The notes under the pieces were generated by a model. That model was not told the origin of the DNA. It ran no database searches and saw only the letters and a list, made by a program, of their open reading frames with translations. A DNA stretch of 64,000 nt from Vicugna vicugna (Eukaryota). Position numbers and translations under genes: made by a program. The stretch spans positions 12,006,243-12,070,242 of the forward strand of contig MU060007.1 of assembly GCA_013265495.1 (NCBI GenBank), given 5' to 3'. Below are positions 14,028 through 26,981 of this stretch, one piece after another (positions within the stretch are counted from its first letter, which is position 1; each line of letters begins with the position of its first letter).

Positions 14028-14574
14028 GGCATCACTTCCTCTTGCTGTGTGACAAATGACCATGAGTTTCACAGCTTCAAACGACACCCGTTTATTATCT
14101 CACAGTTCTCCAGGTCAAAAGTCTGGGCAGGCTCCACTGGGTTGCCTCCCAAGGCTGTAGCCCTGGTGTCAATCAGGCTGGGCTCCCACCTGGAGGCTCT
14201 GGGGAGGAATTTGCTTCCAGGCGCTTTAAGTGGTTGGCCAAATTTGGTTGCTTATGGTTGTAGGACTAAGGTCCCTGTTTTCCCTACAGAGACTGCTCCC
14301 CGCTTCTAGCATCTGTTCTCATGTCTTTGCCTGCTGACCCCAAAGCCAGAAAGAATCTTCCTCTTATCAAATCCCTTTCAGGTCTGGAATCTCTGACTTT
14401 TCTTCTGCTCTGAGCAGGAGAAATCTCTTTTTTTAAAGACTTGTGATTAGGTTAGGCCACCCAGATAATCTCCCATCATCATATCTGCAGGGTCCCTTTT
14501 GCCACGTAAGTCACATAATCAAGGGAGTAATACCAGGGGGCAAAGGTCATGGGGCTTAGAACCACAGCCACCCA
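14028..14574 (+). mobile_element. MaLR solo LTR (MLT1-type)
   Basis: TTGCTGTGTGACAAATGACC...TTTATTATCTCACAGTT...TGGAGGCTCTGGGGAGGAATTTGCTTCCAG...CCCAGATAATCTCCC. Confidence 0.8.
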
Positions 14575-16131
14575 GGGTGTGGCTCCATCTGACCTCGAAA
14601 TGGCACCTTGAGGTCCAGGGCCTGGGGCCCCAAAAACCATAATCAAGGGTTGAGGGATGACAAGTGACACAAGGAAGGAAACGTTCTCCAGAAGCCAAAC
14701 ACAAAAGGACTTTTGGAGGCAGGATCAGAAGAGGAATTCAGCTCCTTTAATCAATACGCATTTTTGCAGAGAAGTTTCTTTGCAAGGCCCTGTAAGCGTT
14801 AGAATAACAAAGGGGAACGTGGGGTCCCTGTGGTTTATGAGATACCTCCTAGACTAGGTATGGTGTCTGATCAAATTCTACCCTGAGAAATCTACATGAC
14901 TTTAGGAAAATGCTTTTATATATTTTCCAGACCTGACTGAGGGCCTGCTGCTGTTGCAGCTGCCACCAGCTTTCTGCTAAAGGAGGTCACTCAGGCCCTG
15001 AGAAGCAGGGACATCAGAGCTCAGGGTGGTTCTGAAAGGGGCCTTCAAGGCCTCAGGGCTCCAGCAGAAATGACAGTTGAGGCAGGGACCAGAAGCCTCA
15101 CATTGTAGGGAAAGTGCCTTCATGGAGAAGAAGGGGTCCCAGGAGGCTACCTTGCTCAGATCAACAATAAACTACCAAAAACACATCATTTCCCTGTATT
15201 ATTTCAAAACATCTCCGAGAGTGAGAATTCCTCAGTCTCCCTCATAATTCCAGAGTTCTTTATTTCACTTTTCCCAATGTGTAAATTCTTTTCCCTTTGT
15301 TCATTCAAATGAATAATGCTTGGAACTTTCCTTATTACTCAGTAGCACCTGGACCTGAGTTAAAAAAAAAATTAAAGTCAGATAAAAATAGAGATCCAGA
15401 AAAGCGATCTTCAGGAAAATGTGGGAGCAAGAATAGTAAGCTCAGATATTTTCCTCCCCCTTTTCTGACTAACTGCCATGCACAGTTCCACAGGTTGCTA
15501 ACTGTGCAAGGGTACAGTTTGTCCTTCTTTTGCCAATTCATGCTTCCTGGCACAGGAAGGGGGTCCTGTTCTGATCTGAATAAGGTACTATATAAAATTG
15601 TGGGGCCCTGCTCTCTGTGCCTGCTCTCTCCTTATCTTGAGCTTGTGAGTCACAGTGAAATGGGTAAAAAGTAATCCATTTCTTAGACAAAAAGCAGGGA
15701 AGGAGCCGTAGACAAGAAGGAAAGCCAAGGAAACAATTCTTGGGGGAAGTCAATAGGGAAGGAAGAGCAGAGAGGGAAAAAGGAGGTGGCCATGTGACCT
15801 CCTAATTAGGAGTTTAGGAAAGATGGTTTGCCCTGTTCAGCAACCTAAACTAGACTAGAAAATAAGCATTTTCTTTGAAATAAAGTTCATGTTCAGTCAA
15901 CTTTGTGAAAAGATAATTGCATTGTAATTAAGCTTATAGACGTAAAATTAAGCCTAATGCCTTTAATTTTACACCTTTTTTCGGAGGGTTTGGTTTGTCT
16001 GCTTGCTTTTGTTGTTGGTTTGGTTTGGCTTAGTGCAGGGTTTTGGGGTGCCTTTACATATTCAACAAACACTTCTTGGTACTGATTATGTTTATGGCAC
16101 TCTCCTGTTTCTTATATATAGCCCTTGAATA

Positions 16132-16270
16132 CAGTGGTCCTCAATCTTTAGAGCACATAAAATCATCTAGGTAGCATGCTAAAAATGCAGCTTCCTGGGC
16201 CCTCCCTCCACACAGTGGCAGGATCTCTGAGGCCAGAGGTTGATCAAACACCCAGGCGGTTCTAATGATA
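16132..16270 (+). mobile_element. MER5-like hAT MITE remnant
   Basis: CAGTGGTCCTCAATCTT...AAATCATCTAGGTAGCATGCTAAAAATGCAGCTTCCTGGGCCCTCCC. Confidence 0.65.
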
Positions 16271-17716
16271 CAAGGATGACACTTTGAAAAAGGTTGCTTC
16301 TGGAATGGAAAGAGCATAAGCCAGTGTTCCTTGTCCTTGAAGAGCATGTGAATGAGTCAGGAAAATAAAATGTAGGCATATTTTAAGATTAATAATAGGC
16401 ATCAGAGGATGTTGAAGAGCTAGATGAGTGATAGAGAAAGTGGTTAATAGGTGAGATAGTACAAGGAGAGAAGAAGGAGATTCCTGAATAGAGTTCTCAG
16501 AGGATTTCAGAAAAGAGATTGGATTTCAGCGTGGCTTTTAAAGGAGGGAGGCGGCATTTCAGGTGGGGGAAATACATGAACGAAGACACTGTGATCTCCT
16601 GCGGGCAGACAGCTCATAGTGGCGGAGGGGACACTGAACTCATCCCTTCTTTCTGCATCACTGATGACCCCTCTTTAACCACGACCTCATTCCTCGGCCT
16701 TAGTAGGTTGCTTTTAAGAATCCCTAACAAGAGATTGCACATGTACATATAGAGAGAGATTAATCAGCATTTAAATCTGTGCATGAGTTATGTATAATTT
16801 CAGCCTGATTTAAGTGTCTCTATTGTTGAAAAACTATGTAGACTCCAAATGGCATCTGATTATTAAATTCAGATGCCGAGGCTTTCGCTAACAATGAGCT
16901 TTTTTTTTTTCAGTGTACTTTTTTGCTCTGTGCATTTTCCATCAGGAGTGGCAGGCCTACAGATGTCTCAGACTATACTGCCAATCAGTGAAATCAAGGA
17001 AGTGGTCACAAAATTAAATGTAAAGACACTCTATCAACCTTTTGCAATGTGGAGCCTTTGTTTATTCCTGGAACCCATGTTCGGGGTTCATTCTTTTTAA
17101 ACGGATCACTATGCCAAGTGTTTTTATCGGAGAGTGCTTGATACTTACGTTTTGTAATTCTTTCTCACTCAAGCACTTTTGAATATCAGAACACAATTTC
17201 AGAAAATATGTTTAGTCAAATCAGAAGAAAATGAAGAGAGCTCTCTGTTTTGCTTTACTCGTAATAAGTACAAAATGAGAAAAGTGGGTATTTGTATGGT
17301 ACTGCATGACTATTATTTAGAGTTGAGAAATTAAGAGTACAGATCACCGCTGTGGGTTTTTTTTTAAGTGATAAATAAATGCTGTGTGGCTTCAGGTAGA
17401 GATTGTATCTAAAAGTTAGTATGTATAACTGCATGGGTAGAAAAACTACTAGTGGAAATATATTTACTTATTCTTTCCATGTACACTCATATTTTCTGAA
17501 CTTTATTTCTCACATCACCAATTCTTATTATGTTCACGTGTGTCTAGGAAAATTCTGAACCCTCTAAGCTGCGGCAAATGCTATATTGTATATGTGTGTG
17601 TGTGTGTGCTGTTTCTGTAATGTATCCATACCAAATGTTTGGGATTATTTTAATAGTATTAGCATTAATTTCTACTAAATTGATCTTGACTGTTATATTG
17701 CCATTCCCAATCTATT

Positions 17717-17764
17717 ACACATATATGTATATGTATATATATGTATATATACATGTATATGTAT
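17717..17764 (+). repeat. Imperfect (TA/TG)n low-complexity repeat
   Basis: ACACATATATGTATATGTATATATATGTATATATACATGTATATGTAT. Confidence 0.85.
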
Positions 17765-20700
17765 GGTTTGTTTTTTTTTACATGAAGATCATATTTGAAG
17801 TTTCCTTGGACAACTCTCCCAGCCTGGTTTCACAATGATTGCTCACTGAAGAGTTGGTCTGCTCTCTCTTCCCCTCCTCACCATAAATGCTTTTCTCTCA
17901 GGCCAGGTGGGTGCCCCCCAGACACTGTGCTTCTTTCTGGGCTCAGTCCCTGCGTTCTCGTTTGTGCTTCTTTTGTGTGCTTCCCACGATCAGACCTGGC
18001 AGACACTAAGCACTTGCCTGCTGCTGTGTAGAGTCTGACCTGTACCCCAAGGAGGGCAGCCTTTGAGCCCTTTCCTGTTTCCAAATTGATTTGCTTGTCA
18101 ATCTCAATATGCAGACACCTATGCACAGAACCCTGGTGCACTCTTTCCTGCTTACAAGGAGGTAGCACTTTTTCTACTCGCTTGAACAGTTAGATGAATC
18201 TGAATTCACATCATTCAGGCAGCACTTGGCCAAGAATTCTGAATGTTTAATCTCTGGTGCAGGTTTAGTTCAGTTGGCTGATATACTTCCAGTTTAAAAA
18301 AAAAAAGTGGATGAAATGTGAATCCACTGTTAGATTTTTCATCTGCATTAATAATTAGTATTTTCCAGATACTGAGTTTCTGCTTTTTATGTTAAGTTTT
18401 TAGGAACATGAGTATGGTCAAGGTTTTATATTCATTGCTTCACACAATATGTGGTTCCTGAGATAACTGTGTAATTCCAAATGTCGATACACCCATAAGA
18501 GAGTTTGCTTTTCCCTCTCACACATCTGTTTTGCTTTATGCGAGAGAAATTTCTCATGCCAGAATGACTTTCAGTGGATATAGGCAATCTGCTTTATGTT
18601 GAGCCTCTGCAATTCACAGATGCAAATGTTTAAAAAGCAGGGAGGTTAACATGGTTATTTCTTCATCTGAAACGTCCCCAGCCACTACTTTTGTCCTTTA
18701 AAAAAAAAATCTTATTGTGTTATAAATCCAATGTGTGTAATTCTTAAAGCCTCGCCTCATAAGTCTCATATAAGAACTGAATTAACTCTTTAGTAGCCTC
18801 CTAGGATGAATTTCAAGGTCCTACTAGTTTATACTGCTAGTCTGAGTGTGTCTTCTTGATAGAGCTTAGGTTCTTAGGGAGGGAATAAAGGAAGCAGTTT
18901 CATGACCCATAATAGATCCCACTCACCGAAAGGAGAGCCACCCCCCAAAAAAGCTTAGCCTGTCAATGTGTGCCCTCCATTATTAAATCAAAAACATGAC
19001 TGAACCTCCCTTGCTTCACTCTGCTAGGGAACGTGGGCAAGGCAGAGATCATATATGGAAGCCAACCTCAGAAAGTATGCAGTCTAGTTGGACGGATGAA
19101 ACCTAAAATAACGATGGGCCAGCTAAGTGTGGGCTCTTTGTGTCACCAGGCCTGCGCTGTGCTCTTGCTGCCTCGCAAGAATGGAGTGCCCATTTCTTGT
19201 CACACCCGCAGCTCCAGACACTTTTTCCCAAACCTTAAATTTAACCCAACCCTTTGGGACCTGAATTTTCCACAGACATTTTCGCAACTTTTCTTGTACT
19301 GCAAAGTTGTTATATGGTATTAAGCCTTCTGCGTAGCAAGAAGTTGAACTTCGCTAACATTAGATCAAAGATTCAAAGCCTTTGAGAGCTTGAGAGAAAT
19401 CCAACCACAATCATTTTCTGATACAGCTGAGCATGGGAGTGTTCAGTGGGTGAAAGTTCCTGAAACTCTCAGAGCACAGGAAGGCCGAGTGCAGCTCCTG
19501 GTTGAAGATGTTTAACTCACAAAGTTCCTGGCAGTGCTCGCTGTTTGCAGAAGGAAGCGCTTGTGTTTTTTGAAAACAGGTCCAAAATAAAAGCTCAAAA
19601 GCCATTCTGTGCTAATTACAGTTCCGTGCTTGAAGGTCCAGCTCTGTTGGTGTCTCGAATTAGAACTGCAGAGTGTGTCCCCCAGAACATGAGCTCACAT
19701 GGCAAAAATAGACCAAATCTACCGCCCTGCCAAACTGACCGTCTGTGGAAACCTGCTTTGCTTTCTGAAATGGGATGTAGGTTTCCAAATTCTCTAGCCC
19801 ATCTCCGTCCAAAGCAAATGAGAAACAAATAACTCCGCGGCACCAGCTTCATTTTTCAGTTCAAAGGAGAGTTTTCACTGTGCTGTTTCTACCTGTCTTT
19901 TCACAACTGAGTTCTCCCTGGAATACTTGTACCAATGGTACTAGAAATTCATGGGATCAGAGAGCTGGTTTGGGATGTAAATTTAGTCATTTCCATTCTT
20001 ACTTCCCCTCCTGTCCTGACTCCCTGCGTTGCTGGCTCTGTCTGTGTCTGTCTCCAAAAGAAAAATGACTGCCCTACTCAGAGCACTTGAAGAACAGACA
20101 AATGAACGTTCTGCCTCAGTAGGGAGGTCTGAGGGGGACAGTGAGGCATGAGGGTGACAGGAAGTTGGAGAAGTAAATAGAGATTAGGAGAGCAAGTTTT
20201 GCTGAAGAGAAGCAGTGCCTTTTCTCCTGGGGCAGCAGATGGGCCACTGTCTGCCTGACCCAGGGCTCCAGTGGAAAGCTCACCACATTGGGTCACCGGA
20301 CTGTGGTTTCACAGGGGAAGGAGGGGCTGGGGCAGAGGTGGGCCCAGCTTCTACAGTCTACACCTTCTGCCAACATCCAGCCGCCACCGACACCTCCCTG
20401 AGACTGGGGTCCCAGGGTCAGCCAGTATCACAGGGCCAGGCAAATGGACCTGTAGTTTAAGAAGCACCTCGGAGGGATGGGGTTCAGAGCCACGCCTGCT
20501 GTGGGGAGAGCAGGGCGGGCCCCAGGTCTCGTGGGCAGGTTGTCAGGACATGGTCATCAGAGCAGGAGTCCAGGGGTGAAAACCTCCAGGCAGCGGGTGT
20601 GGCCGGATGCCGCAGGGCTGCGCCTGCCCGGTGTCGGGCCAGGTCCTGGGGCTCTGGCCGGACTCAGCCTGACTGCGGCCTGGGTCTCCCAGCTCCAGCT

Positions 20701-21989
20701 GAAGGGCGAGAAGTGCTGCTGGCTGTGGAGCTGAGCCAGACCTGACAGCCCCTTCCCTCCATCCAAACATGCTCCAGAACCATCTGTGTCCTTGTTTGTC
20801 CCTCTCTGGTGTAGGTATAGGAAAGAGTCACCCACAACATGTGCCAAAAGGTTTACCACCAGATGCCTCTCCCGCTGGCTAGAGGGGGTCCTGAAATTCT
20901 CTCCATAAGAGCTGCTTGCCTGATTAGCATCCCTCAGTGAGAACCCAGTGTTGCTCCGGATTAGAGCTGGGTTCAAGTCTACCCTGTGGAGCCCCTGCCT
21001 GGGTGGGGCCAGCCACAGAGTCCTGGCCGTCCCTCCCACTGGTTCTCATGGTCAACAATGCCATGTTCTTCCTGTCCCCCCAGGTATGCCATATGCTCTC
21101 CTGCCTCCGTGCTTTCCTCATGTTGCTCCTTTCGCCTTGACTGTCCTTTCTTGCCTTCTTCTGCCTGATAAAATCTGGCTAATCCTTCAAAATCCAGTTC
21201 AAAAAACTTTCCTTGGTAAGGCTTCCCTGCCAGCACCACCGCCCTGCCCTGCAGGAATGAAGTGCTAATTGCTCCTCCCTCAGGGACCACTCAGCACCTA
21301 TATGCACCTCTAGCCCATTATGACAGGCTTATTCATACACATTTTTGGTTAGATTCCAAACCTCTCAAAGACTGGGACCTGAATGTCTGTCTGTTCATCT
21401 TTATATTCCCTCCCAGCAGTACCTAGGACATAGTTTGTAATTTACACTTGTCTGTACTGCAGGTCTGTTACCTAAGATGGAAGCCTTGAGCACTCATTAA
21501 CGTTTTAGCTCTGATTAGTTGAGAAAATCAAAAGCAGGGCAAGTGGAATAGCTAACATTCATGCCTTTCTGTGTGCTGCAAGGACCTCAGTGGCCTCAGC
21601 AGAGGGATGGGAAGAGGGGCCATCCGGGTTCCCTCCAGTGACCCTGCAAATGGGGCAGAGGTGTCAGCCCATTCTGAGTTCTGAGCTGTCCTGAGGGCAG
21701 AGTGAGATTGGTCCCTGGTGGCCTTCCAAAGTATTTGGCTTTCTGAAGCTGCCTGTGGCTCCGGAAATCAGGGAAATGCTTAAATGGGAGTGCTTCTCAG
21801 TGCTGGGAGGTATAAATGCAACATGAAATGAATCTCCCTCCAGCCAGTACAGGATGTGCTGGGCAAGCATGCTGGGCTGCCCCAAGCCAGCTACGTGCAC
21901 TAGGACGTGGTCCTCCCAGCCACGCTGCAGATGATGCAGAAAAGTGTCTTTAAAACCATGTGGAGTCAGAGATTTGAATGCTAACTGGA

Positions 21990-22355
21990 TGTCTTGATCT
22001 GTTCAGGCTGCTGTGATAAAATATCACAGACTAAGTGCCTTTTAACAGCAGAAATGTATTTCTCACAGTTCTCGAGGCTGGAAAGTCCAAATTCAAGGTA
22101 CTAGCAGGGTCACAGCCGGATGAGGGCCACTTTCTGATTCGTACCCTATGCCTTCCCGCTGTGTCCTGTGTGGTGAGAGGGGAGGGGCTAGCTCCTGAGC
22201 CTCTTTTATCCAGGCACTCATCCTGTTCACGAGGGCTCCACCCTCATGACTTAGGTGGTGCCTCCCAAAGGCCCTGTCTCCTATTCACATCATCTTTGGG
22301 GGTTAGGATCTCAACATACGAATTTCGAGAGGACATAAACATGCAGACCATAGCA
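21990..22355 (+). mobile_element. MaLR solo LTR (MLT1A-like), complete, 366 bp
   Basis: TGTCTTGATCTGTTCAGGCTGCT...CAGACCATAGCA. Perfect 5-bp TSD CTGGA at 21985-21989 and 22356-22360. Confidence 0.93.
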
Positions 22356-22469
22356 CTGGAGGATGTAAAGCTATTAGGGAGTTGTTGTTAATGTTTTAGG
22401 AAACATTGCTCATCTTTGCCCATTAAATCACTATCAGTGTGATAATAGTATTGTGATTATGGGTTTTTT

Positions 22470-22710
22470 TTTTAAAGAATCCTTATCTTTTTGAGATATA
22501 CACTGAAACATTTATAGGTGAGTGTTCTGATGGCTGGGATTTGCTTTGACATGATGTGGGGAGGAGAGGAAGCAGGCAAAGGCGGAGGAAGACAGACCAC
22601 AAGTGGATAATTGCTGGAGTTGGGTATTGGGTGCCTTGGTGTTTATTATGTTATTCGGTCTACCCTTATGTATGTTTGCAATTTTTCATAATGAGGTTTT
22701 TTTTAATTAT
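22470..22710 (+). mobile_element. L1ME/MC-type 3' end
   Basis: CCTTATCTTTTTGAGATATACACTGAAACATTTATAGGTGA...GTTTATTATGTTATTCGGTCTACCCTTATGTATGTTTGCAATTTTTCATAAT. Confidence 0.7.
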
Positions 22711-24292
22711 GTAGGAAAGAAAGTGGAAGTTTTGTTGTCATCCCCTTAATTCTTGGATTCGTTTTATTACATCTCTTTGCCTCACCCCCGATAACCTCTG
22801 AGGATCACCTTGTTAAGGAAGAGGACCCAAATCAATGGCTTCTCCATCCCTCCAGCAGCTTCTTAAAAGGCCTTCCCTTGGGTTTCTCAAACATGTTTAA
22901 AGGCCTTTGTAAAGGAGATGCACTTCCTCCCATTGGTCAGGTGGGGCGGAGGACAGCCTGCTGACCTGTTGCCTCCCCTTGGGACAAAGCACTTGCCTCT
23001 CCCCAGTGAGGAGTCACCACCTCCTTGATGGCAGGTTATAGCAGAGAAGCATTCCGCTTCACTCTGCCTGTATCCCAATGGAACTGGCATGGGAACCTTT
23101 TAAAAGAAAGACACTTTCATGGGGCTGACTACTTGGAAGCCAGTTGATGAAGATGTGTTATTAGAGCCCAGGGTCCACCAGCCACTTAGGGATGGACAGT
23201 GTGGAGGGCAGGCTCAGCACTGAATCACTGAATCTCTCCAATGTTTCCATTTTCTCTCCCTCCGCAGCCTGGATGCTCTGAAATCCATTAGCTTAATGTT
23301 TCCCAAGTAGATTTTCGTTGACCTCAGTTTCTTTTTCCACTGTCTCATTTCTAAAACACCCTCCCCCTGTTACACAAGCACACACCCACCTGCACGTGTG
23401 CTGGCACCCTGCACTGTGGAAAGCTCTGTGCTCACTCTAGGGTCCTCAACCACTTCCCAGCTCCATAGCCCCACTTTCTGCCTGTGCAACCCACAGACAT
23501 GGTTGCAAGAGAGCTGAGAAAGAATAGCTCACGGTGGGTGACGGGAAGTGGAGGGGTAAGCATGGCAAGTGTGTGCCCACCAGTGGACTTGTAAATGGAA
23601 TGACGTACAAGCTTCAGAGTTTGGGGGATGCCTGCCCTCCATCTGAGTCAATATCTTGTCTCGCTCCCTGTTCATGTTCCATTTTCTGGTGGGGTGACCT
23701 GGCAGGAGCTGCCAAAGCCATATATCACATTCCAGATGCCGTAAGAGCCATGGGTGATCATGAATACAGTCGGGTTCCAGGAGATGCTGAGGATGGAGAA
23801 TAATGAGGCAAATCTTAACCTGTCGGAATGCAAGCTGGGGAAACGTAAAGTGCTGTGCTTGGGGCCCTTTGCAAAGAGCCGTGTGAGAAGGAATAGCTGA
23901 CTGGGAACGTGATATGAGGCAACAGTATGATGGGGCTGCAGGGACCCACAAGCAAGGGTTTTGAAATCCGTTTGCATGGATAAGGGAGACTGAGAGCATA
24001 GATGCTGTAATGTGTCCAGGAATGCTGATCCAGACACCATGCTTTGGTTCCTGTAAGCTTCTGAGGGGGCCATCTCAATAAATGTGAGCTGTTAGTGTGA
24101 AAGGTGTGATTATTTCTGTGATGGGGCCTGATACTGTGCGTTGCCTACAGAAGATGGTCCATAAAGATCCTTCTTATGACAGCCTCATGACATCCTTCGG
24201 ATCGTTCTGTGTGCCAGGGGGCACTGTGACTCTGTTACTGTTTTTCATTTCCTCTCAGTAGTAGTTAGTTTTGTGGTGGCTGTCTCTCTCTC

Positions 24293-24792
24293 TTTTTTTT
24301 TTTTTTTCAGTTGAAGTAATGTTGATTTACAATGTTGTGTTAGTTTCTGATGTACAGCATAGTGATTCAGTTATATATATTCTTTTTCACACCCATCAGA
24401 ATGGCCATGATTAAAAAGTGTACAAACGATAAATGCTGGAGAGGGTGTAGAGAAAAGGGACCCTCCTACACTACTGGTGGGAATGTAAATTGGTGCAGCC
24501 ACTCTGGAAACCAGTATGGAGAGTCCTTAAAAAACTAAAAATAGAGCTACCATATGATCCAGCAGTTCCACTCCTGAGTATGTATCTGGAGAAAACTCTA
24601 ATTCGAAAAGATACATGCACCCCAGTGTTCAGATCAGCACTATTACAATAGCCAAGGGAGGGAAATTGCTCAGCAGTAGAGTGTGTGCTTTGCATGCATG
24701 AAGTCCTGGGTTCAATCCCCAGTACTTCCATTAAAAAAGAAATTTAAAAAATAAATAAATACAATAGCCAAGACATGGAAGCACCTAAATGT
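24293..24792 (-). mobile_element. 5'-inverted L1 insertion (poly-T + 3' terminus on -, ORF2 3' segment on +)
   Basis: T15 at 24293-24307, then antisense 3' UTR to about 24389, then sense ORF2-end sequence ([37 protein letters not shown]) to about 24792. Interrupted by a SINE. Confidence 0.85.
24657..24759 (+). mobile_element. vic-1-like SINE nested in an L1 fragment
   Basis: tRNA-Ala-like head with A and B boxes plus an A-rich tail. Perfect 13-bp TSD TACAATAGCCAAG at 24644-24656 and 24760-24772. Confidence 0.92.
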
Positions 24793-24914
24793 TGATGCTC
24801 CTTCAAGTTCCTAAGTTACACAGTAGGGTGGTAGAGAGGAGGCTGAGGCTGGAGTAGATTTTATAACAATAATAATAACAATAACCATGAAGGCCACCAT
24901 ATTTTCCCTCTGTT

Positions 24915-25095
24915 TTGTGCCAGGCACTTGGCTCAGCACTTTGTATTCACTGGCCCATTTAATCTCCACCGAAACCGCAGGAAGGTAGGTGGTGGTATTC
25001 TTCCTATTTTATGGAGAAGTAGATCTTAGAAAGGTTAAGTCGTTTGCCCAAGGCTGCACAGCTGGAATGGGGTAGAGCTGGGATTCGTCCTTTAT
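24915..25095 (-). mobile_element. MIR SINE
   Basis: TGTGCCAGGCACTTGGCTCAGCACTTTG...CATTTAATCTCCAC...AAGGTTAAGTCGTTTGCCCAAGGCTGCACAGC. Confidence 0.8.
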
Positions 25096-25459
25096 CACCA
25101 GAGTCCAGGCTCTTCCTGCCTCTCCAGTGCTGCCCCCTTCCCAGCATGAAGGACTGTTCCTGGAGTATTCTTTGCAGGACTCAGGGCTGCGGGGAGTGCC
25201 ACTGGCATCTCTTCTAGGTGAACACATACCAGAGCCCAGGATCCACTTTCTCTGACGGGACCAAAACGGGGGCATTTTCTTCAAGCAGACATTCCAGCTC
25301 ACCCCACCATCTTCCTAATCAGAGGCGTGTTCAGCAGGTATTTATCCACACATAGCATCATTCCCTCTCTTTCCTGTTGGCTTGTCTAGTCAAGGTCAGA
25401 GAGAACCAGAAAGATCTTGTGCAAAGAAGAGAGTTTTGCTTTCTTAGAAATAGTTCTTT

Positions 25460-25613
25460 GAGGGGAGGGTATAGCTCAGTGGTAGAGTGCATGCTTAGCA
25501 TGCACAAGGTCCTAGGTTTAATCCCCAGTGTGTATAAATAAATACATACTTACATACCTAGTAACCTCCCTCCCATAATTTTTTAAATAAAGTAAAAAAA
25601 AATGCTTTTTAAG
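25460..25613 (+). mobile_element. vic-1-like SINE
   Basis: GGGGAGGGTATAGCTCAGTGGTAGAGTGCATGCTTAGCATGCACAAGGTCCTAGGTTTAATCCCCAG. Perfect 13-bp TSD AGAAATAGTTCTT at 25446-25458 and 25614-25626. Confidence 0.92.
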
Positions 25614-25723
25614 AGAAATAGTTCTTACAGCCTGGAAAACAAGAAGAGTTTGCATTGGCCTCTTCCTTTCACAGTGGAAGATGGGTTAGAAGGAAAATAA
25701 TTAGAAATAAAATTAATGAATAG

Positions 25724-25893
25724 ATATACATACGTATATTCCTTTTCATATTCTTTTTCATTATAGGTTTTACTACAAGATATTAAATATATGTATGTAT
25801 ATGTGTGACTGAAACATTATGCTGTACACCGGAAATTGACACAGCATTGTAAACTGACTATACTTTAATAAAAAAAAAAAATCCTGGGGGAAA
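25724..25893 (+). mobile_element. Short twin-primed (5'-inverted) L1 3' end
   Basis: Antisense 3' UTR piece at 25724-25790, then sense 3' terminus and poly-A at 25791-25881. TSD 13/15 at 25709-25723 and 25894-25908. Confidence 0.88.
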
Positions 25894-26981
25894 AAAATTG
25901 ATGAGTAGGAAAAAAAAGGGCATTTTTCTTCCTCATCACCTCATTTTGTTCTGCGCTTATTAAATCTTCATCTCATACCTAGTATAAAATCACTGATTAA
26001 AGTGTAGGTTCTAATAATGTAATAGTAGCTGCCTGTGGGCTTTGCTGACTTGATTCTGCTCTGACTTGTAGCTAAAATGTCAGATTCTCACTGCAGATAA
26101 GTGGCAAATGCAGAAAGTAAGTCAGTATACAAGTAAACCTGATATGACTGTAGGATTCAGTCTGATGCTTGTCATATGACTCAGCAATCATTAGGAAGAA
26201 GCTTTGGTATTTTCAGCTGTCCCTCTGAAATGTGATTTATGGTTTAGTTGGGGTCCCTCACTCTCCAGTGCGCATCCCTTTGAGTAAACCTGTGTGGAGC
26301 TTCCCGTTTCTGAGGAAACGTGTCTATGTGTCATTCTCACAAAACCGTGGAAGCCGACACTGAGACCCCGCTAGTGGTCTCTGGCCAGGAGATGTAGGAA
26401 TGTGGCAGGGAAAGATCAGTCTCTTAACAAATATTTATGGGGCTCTTACTAAACTAAGTCCTAGTAATTTATTTTTTACATACATATATTCATTTTCATA
26501 TTTTTTCCATTATAGTTTCTTACAAGATATTGAATATAGTTCCCTGTGCTATACAGTAGGACTTTGTTGTTTATCTGTTTTGTATATAGTAGTTTGTATC
26601 TACTAATCCCACTCTTAATTTATCCCTCCCCCCTCCCCACTTTGGTAACCATAGGTTTGTTTTCTATGTCTATAAACCTGTTTCTGTTTTGTAAATAAGT
26701 TCCTTTGTATCATATTTTAGATTCTGCATATAAGTTATATCATATGGTATTTTCTTTCTTTGTCTGACTTAGTTCACTTATTATGAGAGCCTCTAGGTCC
26801 ATCCTTGTTGCTACAAATGGCATTATTTCATTCTTTTTTATGGCCGAGTAGTATTCTATTGAATATCTATACCGCATCTTCTTTATCCATTCATCTGTCA
26901 GTGGACATTTAGGTTGCTTCCATGTCTTGGCTTTTGTAAATAGCTATGAACATTGGGGTGCATGTTTCTTTTCAAATTAGA

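Noticed and set aside
19440-19560. Possible orthologue of the human ARSB alternative terminal exon (recalled C-terminus YWPECSLLL)
   Set aside because: Only 3-residue resemblances (ECS, CSL), with no matching acceptor or frame.
20078-21290. Dense overlapping ORFs on both strands (up to 160 aa)
   Set aside because: Explained by locally high GC and few stop codons. No homology or splice support.
25462-25530. tRNA-Ala(AGC)-like cloverleaf sequences (also at 11.26, 24.66, 28.35 and 41.03 kb)
   Set aside because: They are SINE heads: they carry TSDs, A-rich tails and stem-breaking mutations, so they are not tRNA genes.
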